NCBI GenBank assembly: GCA_001687465.1
Contig: LVLI01000566.1
Span: 1 to 61,073, forward strand
Direction of reading: 5' to 3'
DNA length: 61,073 nt
Source of the DNA: Halocafeteria seosinensis
Taxonomy: Eukaryota
Each line of letters begins with the position of its first letter. Position 1 is the stretch's first letter. A model generated the notes under the pieces. That model ran no database searches. It was not told where the DNA came from and saw only the letters and a program-made list of their open reading frames with translations. The position numbers were made by a program, and so were the translations under genes. Shown here one piece after another: positions 38,722 through 50,888 of this stretch.

Positions 38722-39019
38722 GTGTCCCTTGGAAACACAATAGAGTGAAACGCGAAAAGTGCAGTGACACACAAAAATGTTCATGATGACTACTAGAGAG
38801 CATTCCGGTTCCTTCTTGATGGCACTAATTGCTCCACACCTTCCTTCATGGCTGTTTTCATAACTTCGCCTTGTTATTGGTTGACGTAAACACCCTGAAA
38901 TGGAGATATCACTCGACATTATCCTCTGAGTCATTGTTCTCAGTGTTCCCATGTTGCTCTTTTTCCCCAGAGGGTCCCCTTACAGACCCTTTTTGTAGTT
39001 TCCGGGCGAAAGCAGAACA
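38722..39019 (-). promoter_or_regulatory. Blocks upstream of METH copy A shared with copy B
   Basis: On +: GTGTCCCTTGGAAA 38722-38735, GCGAAAAGTGC 38752-38762, AGTGACAC 38763-38770 and block 38941-39019 have collinear counterparts upstream of copy B. Confidence 0.45.
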
Positions 39020-39832
39020 CGGCTTTTTTTAACACGCCATACACATGTATGGGAGCCATTTCCACTTCCGAAGCACAACGAAACTATTTGATGGTTAGTT
39101 GTCTGTGACACAGCGACAAATACGAGGGAAACGAGACCCTATGGTGGGTCTAAGGGACACGATAGTGGTTGCAAATTGACCACATCCTCCCGCAGAATTC
39201 CTCTCGTGTTATTTCGTTCCCTTGCTCTCGTTATACACATGCAGTACCTACATTGCCCTATACTTACCTTTGCTAATAACATTCCCTGAAATGTGCGAAA
39301 CGGACAATGTCAAAATAGTGGGGATACAGTGAATGAAATGGGGTGTTCTGGCCTCGATTTCCATCTTCACAGGGGCCGAAGCAGGAATTTACGCATTTTT
39401 GGTAGCCTTATACGGCATCCATGCTCCTCCAGATGACGACTCAATGGGGTACTCCATGGTAAGGAGGGTGTGCAAACGAATGATGTGAAGTAGGCATGTG
39501 TTTGTGACCTATAAAGAGGGGGAAATCCTCGAAGGATGTGGAGCTGACCCCTGACGTGGCGGCCTTATAATGCTTCCGTCCTCCATCTACATGAAACACA
39601 ACACCGATGAATACTCGCAGTACCTTTGATTACAATTTGTCCATCATTCATTGATTCATACACGGCCGAAAACTAACTTAAAATGAGAAAAATGGAACCC
39701 CTGTTTGAAGAAGAGTTCCACATTTGAAGAGGAATTCCAATAAAATATCGCATCAAAAATGACCCCCAAAGCAATTAAAGAAACACAAATGCTCTCGTCG
39801 AGCAGCAGCAAGTACCGCACCCAATGGAATGC

Positions 39833-42800
39833 TTATGCGTCCGGGTCGTAGCTGAGAATCTGGTTGAGCCACTTCTCAGCTTCTTCCACAGTCCAGCCTT
39901 TACGCTGAGCGTAATCTTCCACTTGGTCCTTGCCAATCTTACCAACAGCAAAGTAGTGGCTCTCCGGGTTAGCAAAGACCAATGCCGAAACGGCCGATGC
40001 CGGGAGCATAGCCAAACTCTCGGTTAATTCCAAGCCAGTGGTCTCCTTGATGTTGAGCAAGTTCCACAGAGTGCGCTTCTCGGTATGGTCTGGTTGCGAA
40101 GGATAACCAGGCGCCGGCCGGATACCATTGTATTTCACCTTGAGCATGTCCTCGGTGCTCATGTTTTCCTTGGGGTCAGTTCCCCACAATTCTTTCCTCA
40201 TGTCGGCGTGTAACTTCTCGGCGAAGGCTTCCGCAAAGCGGTCAGCGAGCGCTTGCAACAAGATCTTCCTGTAGTCATCATTGTTCTTCTCGAATTCGGG
40301 AACCTTCTCTTCCACACCGAAGATACCTACGGCAAAGCCACCAATGTAATCCTTGACGCCGCTCTCTTTGGATGCGACGAAGTCGGATTGGCACATAAAC
40401 GGTTCGTCGGTATCTTTTTCGAGCTGTTGCCGCAGACCGTAGAAAGTGGCGGCCTTCGTCTCGTCGTCACGCTTCTCATTGTCGTAGTATACTTCTACAT
40501 CATCACCAACACGGTTAGCAGGGAAAATGCCGACGACCCCCTTAGGCTTCAACCATCCTTCTTCGATGATTTGCTGCAACATTTCTTGTGCATCGTCGAA
40601 CAATTTCTTCGCTTCATCTCCGACGGATTTATCGTTGAAAATCGCAGGGTAGCCACGGTTTGGGTATTTCCCACGCAATTCCCATAACTGGAAGAATGGG
40701 TTCCAGTCAAAGTATTCAGTCAACCCAGCAAGGTCCTCGTCTTCAATGACAGTAATACCAGGATTGTTAGGAACAACTGGTGGATTCTTCTCTATGGCCA
40801 ATTCGAAACCTTTCTTTCTAGCCTTATCAAGCGGGATGCATTTTCTATCATCTTGGTTCCCGTAGTGATCCTCTTTCAATTCTTCATACATCTCCTTGAT
40901 CTCGTCTACGAATAACTCCCTGCGTGCTTCCTGATCGTCCAGAAGATGGGAGACGGTAGTAACACTCTTCGAGGCATCGAGCACATGCACTACTGGGTGC
41001 TTGTCAGTGAAGTACTGCGGGGCGATCTTAACAGCGGTATGCATCTTGCTCGTAGTAGCACCACCAATCAAAAGAGGTTGCTCAAGACCGGCGCGTCTGA
41101 TTTCCTTGGCGGTAGCAACCATCTCATCCAGGGAAGGAGTTATCAGTCCGGAGAGACCAATAATGTCTACCTTTTCTTCCTTCGCTTTAGCGATGATTTG
41201 CTCGGGAGGTACCATCACTCCCATATCGATGACTTTGTAACTGTTGCAACCAAGTACCACACCGACAATGTTCTTACCGATGTCGTGTACGTCACCCTTC
41301 ACTGTAGCCAGAAGGACTTTCCCGTTGTACATACTGTCCTCATCAGCGCTCTCCGGATCTAACCCTTTCTCTTCTAACATTCTACGCTTCTCCTCTTCCA
41401 TGAACGGGACCAGGTAACTCACAGCCTTCTTCATTACTCGGGCACTCTTAATGACTTGCGGCAAAAACATTTTTCCCTTGCCAAAGAGATCACCAACAAT
41501 GTTCATCCCCTCCATCAAAGGACCCTCGATGACCTCTAAGGGGCGAGCGAACAGTTTTCGCGCCTCTTCAGTGTCGTCCTCGACATAGTCTGGAATGCCC
41601 TTGATCAACGCATGCGAAAGACGTTCCTTCACGGGTTTTTCGCGCCACTCTGATTTAGTCGCAGCCTTGCCTCCACCCTTTTCTTTGGCTTCTTGCATCT
41701 TCTGGCGTTCTTGTTCAGCACGTTCAAGGAGTTTTTCCGTCGCTTCAGGCTGATTCCTGTTCAAGATGACATCCTCACACAGATTTCGCAAATCATCAGG
41801 AATGTTATCATACACCTCCAGCATACCCGCGTTCACAATTCCCATATCCATACCATTCTGAATCGCATGATACAGGAAGACACTGTGCATTGCCTCTCGG
41901 ATAACGTTAACACCACGGAAACCAAACGAGAGATTCGATACACCACCTGAAATATGTGTTTCGGGCATCGACTGTTTGATCCGCTTTGCCGCGTTAATGA
42001 AGTTGACTGCGTACGCGTTGTGCTCTTCCATTCCTGTCGCTACAGTAAGGATATTAGGGTCGAAGATAATTTCTTCAGGTGGGAAATCCACTTTCTCTCG
42101 GAGAATCCTGTACGATCGCTCGCACATTTGCACCTTTGAGTCTGCGGTATCTGCTTGCCCTTCTTCGTCGAAGGCCATCACTACTACGGCAGCGCCGTAT
42201 TTCTTTATCAACTTGGCTTTCTTAATAAAGTCTTCCTCTCCGTTCTTCAAACTGATACTGTTGACAATCGACTTGCCCTGTACACACTGAAGACCCGCTT
42301 CGATGATTTCGAACTTGGAACTATCAATCATAAACGGGGCCTTAGAAACATCAGGTTCAGTCATGGCAATTCTCAGGAATTGAGTCATAGCTTTGACACC
42401 ATCTAAGAGACCCTCATCAACGTTTATATCCAGCACCATGGCACCGTCTTCAACCTGCTTCGTGGCAATTTCCATACATTCTCCATAGTTCCCTTCTAAA
42501 AGAAGCCTTTTGAAACGCTTGCTTCCTGCAATGTTGCAACGCTCACCGACGTTAACAAAACTGAGGACGTTAGGATCGCATTCTAGTTTTTCCAGACCAC
42601 TCAATCGCAGAATACGCGACTTGGGTTCCCAAGTGCGAGGCTTGCACTCAGCAAGGGCATCAGTGATAGCTTTAATGTGGTCAGGTGTAGAACCACAGCA
42701 ACCACCTCCGAGATTCAGGAATCCAGACTTTCCAAAATCTTTCATGGCTTCGGCCATTTGCTGTGGAGTGTCATCGTATCCACCCATCGCGTTTGGTAAA

Positions 42801-43729
42801 CCAGCATTCGGGTAGCAGAAAACGTAAGTGTCAGCGTAGCTGGCAAGGTTCTGCAGGAAAGGCCGCATCTGGTCGGCACCCAGCGCGCAATTCAGGCCAA
42901 CGGCAAACGGTTCAGCATGTTTCACCGACAAGAAAAAGGCTTCTCCTGTTTGACCGGACAGAGTTCGTCCACTTTGGTCCACAATCGTCCCGGATACGAA
43001 CACAGGCGGCTTCTTGATTTCCAGTTCCTCTTCGAAATAAGTTTGGATGGCGAACAAGGCTGCCTTGGCATTTAGGGTGTCGAAGACAGTCTCAACGAGC
43101 AACACGTCAACACCACCTTCCCATAGATACATAATCTGTTCCTTGTACGCTTCCACAAGTTCCATAAATGTGACGTTCCGGTAACCAGGGTCCTCGACGT
43201 CTGGTGAAACACTGGCGGTCTTGTTAGTGGGTCCTAACACACCGGCAACGAAGCGAGGCCAATCCGGATTCTTCTCGTTGTATTTGTCGGCTGCAGCTCG
43301 CGCAACTTTGGCTCCCCATCTGTTCAACTCAGCTACAGAATCTTCCATTTGGTAGTCTGCTTGGGCAATCCTCGTAGACGAGAAAGTGTTCGTCTCAATG
43401 ATGTCGGTTCCCGCTTCTAAATAATCCTCGTGCAATTTCTGGATTCTTTCCGGCTGAGTAATCGAGAGCATGTCATTGTTTCCTTGCAGTGCTTTGGCAG
43501 GGTGATTTTTGAATTGTTCGCCGCGGAATTCCTCTTCGTTGAAGTGTTGGTTCTGCAATAACCATAGACACGGAAGTCCACGTTAAAAGAATGGAGTCAG
43601 ACAAACGTCGAGTGGTTAACCACATACTTGGATCATAGTACCCATAGCTCCGTCGAAGGACATGATGCGCTTGGAGAGCGCATCACGGAGGTACTCGTAA
43701 ATGTCGGTTTCTCCACGAACGAATTTCAT
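39833..43729 (-). CDS. METH: Cobalamin-dependent methionine synthase, copy B (1 intron), 1273 aa
   Basis: Exons 43628-43729, 39833-43552. Same Zn, B12 and SAM-reactivation motifs as copy A, same start [14 protein letters not shown]. Confidence 0.97.
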
Positions 43730-43792
43730 TCTAGCGATCGATTCCGACTTCGAATGCACTAACGCAATGGATTAAGCGATCGGCACAACTCT

Positions 43793-44114
43793 GTGTCTCA
43801 TGAAAAATCAAAAATTAGGTACACATTTCAGCGAAAAGTGCGTGTAGAAGACCAGCGACTTGCGCAAAAGTGACACCTCGCGAAGGTGGTGGCGAATTCG
43901 AGCGTGCGCCTTGTGTATCCTCTTCAGGAACCCAAATTATGACCTCTTCAATACATTTTCTCTTGCTCCCTTATTTGGGCCCCTTGAGCACATAAAACAC
44001 ACGAAACACTTCGATCACGCGCGTGGAGCTGGATACCTTCAAGCAATGTTCTCATGGTTCCTCTCCCCCTGACTCTCCCCATAGAACCTTCTTTGTAATT
44101 TTGGGCCCAGAACA
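43793..44114 (-). promoter_or_regulatory. Blocks upstream of METH copy B shared with copy A
   Basis: On +: GTGTCTCATGAAAA 43793-43806, GCGAAAAGTGC 43831-43841, AGTGACAC 43869-43876, block 44044-44114. Confidence 0.45.
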
Positions 44115-45257
44115 GTTGCGTCACTGCTCCTGGAGGACCCACAAATAAGCTCTATAAACGCCCTTTTCATGAAAATCCCTTCCTTTAACGGCGGCATATT
44201 GGTAAACTTCCGTCTAAGCCGCATAATCCTTATGCAAATGCTTGGAAACTTCACTAAAACCCATATTACGTCAGGGAACAGCATGTTGAAAGCTCTCGGG
44301 TCATTTTCCTCCACCATTTTGCACATGGACGCCCCGGTTGCCGTATTTTCGCCGACGTAACTTTTCGAAATTTTCATTAAGGTTTCTTCGGCATTGTTCG
44401 AAAAGCCCTAGGAGCCCTTGAATGGACTGCTTAGAGGCCATAGAACACAAGCGGTGGACTAAGAACACCGCTCGCCACTTACACGGAGAAAAAAGACTTA
44501 CCCTTGAGACAAAAAATGTCAAATGAGAAAATTAACGGGCTAATTTTCTCTGGAAAACCCTATTGATGAAAACAACAAAAGGGTTAAGAAGAGATTATAC
44601 ACATGACTGACTGTGACAACCCCTACATGTGACAATTGAGTGGACAGCGCTAACTTCCTCAGGCAACAATTGCTCATTCACAAGTTGACTCACTTACTTG
44701 GGAGTCGCATGCGAACAAGTGTCAGCGCACCCATTCTTTATCATTTCATGCCCGAGAAATTCAGAAACCACATTGTTAGTGTCATCCACTGAACTCGTTC
44801 AGAAAGATCGTCGACTCTGGGTGGTATTAAGATCCCAGAAATGGGCAGACGCGGAAAGCTCGAGTTTCAGCCGACCAGCGGCCACGGTCAGGAAGCAGAA
44901 GCACTTCATGATGATGCAATGCAGCGGCATGCGCCATGCCCAGTATACAAGCGAACAGTTTTCCGACAGCTTTCAACCAGTAAATGTTTCCTTTGGTCAT
45001 TGCCTCGCAGAAGTGAGGAACATTGCAAGCGGGGTCACCACCCGCTTGAATGTTCGATGAACTAGGAGAGTATGAGACTAGGCAAGGCGTAGGTAAAGAC
45101 TGATATGAACAGCATCGTGTTGGGGAATTCATGCATTCATGAATACGTTGCTTGCACGCCTAAGTTGAAGCGTCAAATTGACTCAGTCGAGCGGTCTCGA
45201 ATACACAGCTTAGAGCTTAGACGACTGGGAGATTCTAGTACAACAGATCTCCTATTC

Positions 45258-46298
45258 CTAGAGTTTGCTGGGCTTCTTTCCCGAGAGCTGTGCGCAAACA
45301 GACTTCGGTGCAACATCTGCGCAGCTGCGATCACAAGGGGGTAAGGTGAAAGTCGATGGTGGAATCGGGCCAACCTTAAACGACTGAGGATTGTAGTAAT
45401 TAACATCATTCTGTAGTCCAGCCATTCATTCTCACTAAGTAGAACAAGAAGCTCCATTCACAAAATGCCGGCTAGCGTTGTAACTTACCCCTTGTACTAG
45501 CTGAATAGGCACCCCGTCAGTTGCGTTCTGGTACCAGTAATTGTCTTCGTTACCATGAATGATCCACGAGTCAACATAGGTGTAGTCGACACTGTATACA
45601 CCCTGCACGGACCCAAGGACGAAGCCTACACAACACTTGCATCCTTCCCAATCAAGATATTTTTTTGAATGGACATACCAAATAGGATCCTCCAGCATCT
45701 TGTATCCACGTCGGTTTCAGCATTCCACATCCCTCTTCCTCGGTGCAGCATTTGCAGCAAAAGTGTCTCTCGGGCCATGACAAGTATCGCGTTCCATTCA
45801 CAACGTAGTTACTGACACAACCGAAAAAGAGTGCAATGAACATGAGTTTTGAACCCAGTTGTACGGAATATGGGCAGGACGCACTTGCAGGGTGTAGCGT
45901 CCCCGAACTGGACCGAGTTGCAGAAGCCATTGTACAAGCCCGAACTTCGGTCTATCCGCTGGAGCTTATTCGTGTAGTCATAATAAAGGTCTCCTGCATG
46001 CGAAACATTACCAAAATACAACGTAAAAACCAGAAATAGTCCTTGCAAAGGCTTGCGAGCACCCTAGGATTCCAGGAAATAAGCTCTATTTACCCGTATT
46101 CATGGCTCCATAATACACTTGACCTCCCGAAGGACCTTCCTTGATCATGTTGGTCTCCGTGAAGGAGATATAGAAACTGTCCGGCCATACAGGGGGGTGC
46201 GAAGGGCCTTGTTTCACCTTCCGCCTTCTTAAGGGCGATGCGGAGGACGCAGTTAGAAGCATGGCCAGGAGCGCTATGCACACTGGAGCCGATTTCAT
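45258..46298 (-). CDS. Secreted Cys-rich protein, ependymin-related (EPDR/LolA-fold)-like, 237 aa
   Basis: Exons 46094-46298, 45885-45993, 45679-45811, 45489-45602, 45258-45410 splice in frame. Signal peptide, then PPVWPDSF, GDLYYDY...QRIDR, CCKCC...GCG.LKPTW, FKVGPIPPSTFTLPPC. Gene model is firmer than the family call. Confidence 0.7.
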
Positions 46299-46623
46299 GT
46301 TTCCACGGCGACACTGGAAAAGGGGAAAATAAAAAGGAGAAGTTGGAACGTTCAAAAAAAGGGATCAACAATCCCAGGAGAATGAAAATGATTACTAGTC
46401 TAGCCCGGAGTTACATGTGTCCCTTTGACAGGGCCTTTGTACTGTTGTAACAGTATCCCGGCAGTGCCGGCACGGGTACAAATTGTATTTTCTAACCGAG
46501 ACGGAGACGAAGACGGGAGACATGAGGGATGTGTACTCCAAGACAAAGAGGAAACAATCCTAAGGACTTAATATTTGATGCCTATAGCCTCTGATTACAT
46601 TAGAGAAAGGGATGTTCTAGTTT

Positions 46624-49600
46624 TTACAAGGCAAGACTGGAAGAAGTACTTTCGTCGTCCCACAATGATTCTACAAAGCTGCGATAGTCAACGCCTTCTT
46701 TATCAATCGCTCCGGCATTTTCGAGTGCTCGGTAAAAGACATCTTCTTCATTGACGCCGAGACGGTAGCCGCAAGAACTCAAAGCATTCGAGAAAGAGCG
46801 AAATGGGAGCGCGCCCTTGCTTTGCTGATCATAAAGACGGAAAATCCGAACTAGTTCACTCCTGCGTGTTCGAAAGAAGTTAGCCATGTCTGAGAGCATC
46901 TTGCTAACAGTTGCTCCGTCCATTCTACTGGACAAAGAATCCCTAGGGGAACCCTTCTCTTCGCTTCTAGCGCTGCCATCTTGGTCACTTGCAGAGCGCG
47001 ATCTATCAGATTCGTCCCGAGACCCTGGATGACCGCCAGTTGGTTCCTCTGCAGGAGATTCTCGAGACACTGGGGCTCTTTGGGGGCCGTCTTCACGCTT
47101 GGCAGGGGTGAACGTATGCTCTTTCCGGTAGTGCTTAAAAACTTCAGGCGCTTGGCCAGTACCCTGTTTCAACTCATTACGGAATCCACTGACGAGAGCA
47201 ATGAAATCCTCTACTTCATCTTCAGGCCGATTCTCCGCATCAATAAGTGTCTTCACGAACCCGCGCCACGAAATGCTCCCTGGAGGAATATCCGGAGACG
47301 TGAAGCCTTCACTAGCGGCGCTTGGATAGTTGCTCATCAGCAGTCTCAGTTCGCTGTCGCTGATTCCCATGTCCAGGTGATGTCTTCTTAGAAGCCACCG
47401 GAACTCTTTCGGTGTTATGACGTCAGTCACCGTGGCTCCTAGGTCGCGGAAGACTCTTCGGAGGTGTTCAGTACTACTTAGAAGAGCCGAGCGGAGCTGC
47501 TTGAGCAGCTTCATATGTCTGGTCTGGGTATGCGTGTCTCGCCGAAGTTCCTTTCTCAGTTTATCCACCAAATCGCGATAGTCTATCATCCCTTTATGTC
47601 GAGCTAGCAAGTCTGCTTTCTGTTCCAGTTGCTCTCGTGCTGTCAAGCACACCCACTGTCCCGTTTTCGGATCTGTATAGCCTCGGGAACGGGGGACATC
47701 GTGTGGAGGTCTGACCTCCTCAATTTTTTCATCATTGACAGCTTCTTCATCGAGAATATTATCTACCTCATGTTCCTCTATTATAGGTGAGATGGCTCCG
47801 TACCTCTGCATTAGATCGCGCATGGTGCTTTTGGAAAGAAAACCTTCTTCGTGCTTGTAGCCTGCCGAACGTTCAAGTAAATCACGCTGCTTCGAAACGG
47901 TCAACAGAGAATCAAGGCATCCACTGAGAATCGACGCAAGAGTATTAAAATGCGATGATTTTTCTGTCTCAAACATTCTGCCTTCCTTATACTTGCGTGT
48001 GAACTCGTCTTCCTGCGTCAAAACAAGCTCTTGGAAAGGATTATGCACAAAACACAGCCGAGAGCCCACCGCTAAATCACTCTCCTGGATCGGTCTTCCC
48101 TTCTCTTCGTATTGCGGATGCATTCGATTAATGCCGACTCCTCGAAGATTGCCAACGCCTGTGCATGCGGGTCCAGTTCGATCTTCGCGGCCAAACTGGC
48201 CACCGCTGTAACCTTGCCCAAACCCATGCTCGTATCCGTATATGTATCCACAGTCGCCAAATTTCCGTGCTTGGGCCAACTTGGCAGAATGTTTCCGTTC
48301 AGTCGGAATGATGTTGCGTTTTCCCCGATCAAGAAACTTTCCGCGGCTGTGGCCGGAGTTCTTTGCCGAGTCCTCGAAAACGCTGATGGTACCATCGCTT
48401 ACAAAATAGTTCACGATAAAACTTCTGTCTCTTTCAGCTTTTGGTACGTCCCCTTCCAGCCGCGCTTTGTATCTCAAAATTTTCCCATCATATGCATTGA
48501 ATTGTTCAACGTCAAACTTGGGGACTCTACCACCGAGGAAATTACGTGCATTCTCGCGAGTATCGAATTCCGAACCAATTGCAGAAATTCCAAAGTGAGG
48601 TGGGAGACTGAGCTCACGACGAATGTTATCTAGCTTCTCTTGAGAATCGACAAAGAATTTCGTCTGGTTCACTCCCAAGTTTTGCTCGTACCACTGTGCC
48701 GTCCACTGGTCGCACTGTGTGAGTAATAAAGGACGATCATAAATGTGTATCAACTCTCCACAAATCAGGTCTCCTGCGGTGACAAAAGGAGATCGCTGTC
48801 CAGGCGCATCACTGTCTCTGCCGGCGGTAATGGTGGGAGCCCAAGCCTCGCGCGCAGTTTCGAACATGCTGGCATCATGCTCTTTCAGTTGTGAACTGTG
48901 TTCATTCGAAACATATCGCGGCTGTCCGGTAATCGGTGAAGTGTAGTTGTATCTGTTGTCACGACCCTTGCTGTATCGATATCGGTGGCACATTTGTTTC
49001 CGCGCGTGCTCTCTTGCGGAATCGCTGGCGGCTTCGTCGACGGTCTGAAGACCGAGTCGGTTTCTAGTTTCGTCCAAGTGACCATTCTTCGTCTTCACGT
49101 CAGCTGAAACCCATGGGACTCTCTGGCGGGTTAATATCTTGTGGAAGTGGCCCCGGCCGTCATTGTTGTATGCAGGTTCCAATATTTCCATCGTATCATC
49201 AGCGAGATGGTAAAGCAGATTCAGTTTTCGAATATCACCAAAAGCTTGAGGAGAATCATCCCAAATTGCTTCAAAACGCAGGATTTCCTTATCATGCTGC
49301 AAGAACTGTTGCTTACGGTCCCCTTCTCTTTTATAGAACCCCAGTACGGGGTCCTCCTCGAAACCGCCATCGGGAAATACTTTTGTAGGCTTGTATCTCT
49401 GGCCAGTCAGAGTAGGTTCTTGTAAGTACGATGGACGAGGAACCGTTTCTGGAGGAGCCAGAGTCTCTCCCACTACATTCTCGAACGTTTCTCGGGCCTG
49501 GGAGGACAAAGAGGGATAATATGATGACATGAGTGTGTAACAGCGTCCGATTCCCGACTTACTCTCTTATCAGCATCACATATGTGGAATGTGTGCCCAT

Positions 49601-50511
49601 ACAACGTGAATTCGTTCCCAACGCGAAGGTCTTCCAGGTTGAGTGACCTGTTTTGTCCATCCAGTACAGGAGCATGTCGTCTTAAGAACAATCCCTGCCA
49701 GGTCATTCATGTTTTAATTCGAATCATGATTTGTAGGAAAGAAACTTAAGTAGCACATACTTGTTGAAATCCCGAGTTTGTAGGAGTTTGCTCGAACATT
49801 CGCACTGTTCCATCCGGAACATAGTACCAAATGATGATTTCTCGTACATGATCAGGTTCGTTCCGATCAAAAACATTGTGTTCGTGTATATAAGCTCTGA
49901 ATCGAAGAATGTTGTGCTGTTGCTGATAGTCCCTCAGGGTCCTTTCGTAGTTCGAAGCTTGGTTGTCTTCGTGCCGGCGCTTGATTTTCTCACGCGCGTC
50001 CGTTGACGCTGCATGTCCTTCATCCAATCTTTCCAGAGGATCCGATCCTTTGGTTGGAAACGTACGATACTGATTGTAGGGTGGCTGCTGAGCAGTATTT
50101 TTCACATGCATCTGTGGTAAACAAGAATGACACCGTGGACGTTAAAATTCAAAAAGTCAAGCAGACTTTAGCTTTTTTTTTTGTTTGAGTATACATACCG
50201 AATGCCCCCGAACAGCACGTGACGCTCCTTCCTGTTGTGGCGTTGTTACCGTGCAGAGTTGAGATTTAGGCCACGCCGGCTTCTGCGGTCACACCATTGG
50301 GTGCAAATAAGCCCTTGAACTCGTCTTTCGGGGCGCTTGCCGTTTAACTTACCGCTTCGCCGTAATGTCGTTCATAAGGGTAATTACTGACGCTTTGCGT
50401 CAGTACCATGGGATTCGATGGGGGCCTCATGGCCAATCGACTGCTCGCACCGGAATCACTCTGGGGCCCTGTGGTGCCCACAGAGGGCCCTTGGAACCAC
50501 TGTTGGCTCAT
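46624..50511 (-). CDS. EFHC1/EFHC2 (Rib72)-like axonemal protein: three DM10 domains plus EF-hands, ~1199 aa
   Basis: Exons 50353-50511, 50199-50282, 49761-50111, 49563-49694, 46624-49497. Three DM10 signatures (ILRFRAY..YYVPDGTVRMFE..NSG; ILRFEAIWD..YHLADDTMEILE..NDGR; ILRYKA..YFVSDGTISVFE..NSG). EF-hand-like FRLYDQQSKG. First two exons are less certain. Confidence 0.88.
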
Positions 50512-50888
50512 TATAGTGTCCTTTTAACGACGTTGATGGTGTCAATCAAGCGTGAATGTGGCTAGAACCGCCTTTCTCAGACATACACACACGCTATGAA
50601 ACAAGTAGAAGAATCTCTTTTGTCTCTTCTGTGCTCTCCCCTACGACAACACTATCAAATATCACCGCAATATGCTTTTATAGCCTCATTTGCCTCCCCC
50701 GGACGTCGTATTTGAATTCCAAATGAGCTTCACAAAGAGCGGGGATTTTTTATAGGGGACGACGAAGGGCAACAAAAAAGGTGTACTCGTCACTTAACGC
50801 TCCCAGCAGCCGTTAACGGGAGGAATCAGAGGAATTGTTGCTTCTACCGTGATATACGTCTTTGAAGAGCATATTGGACTCACCCACA

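Noticed and set aside
39260..39269. ATACTTACCT resembling the U1 snRNA 5' end
   Set aside because: No U1 loop I (GATCANGAAG), loop II or Sm site follows. Better explained as a minus-strand splice-donor-like sequence or chance.
38778..39458. Plus-strand hydrophobic frames between the METH copies, including an exon-like segment with an in-frame TGA (possible selenoprotein or pseudogene)
   Set aside because: Multiple TAA/TAG/TGA stops upstream, no joinable downstream exon, no SECIS seen, and part overlaps the shared METH upstream region.
38610..39832. Cobalamin or SAM riboswitch upstream of METH (also checked 43730-44700)
   Set aside because: By eye I found no B12-box or cobalamin core motifs and no SAM-I core in the right order on the sense strand. 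An Infernal scan would be decisive.
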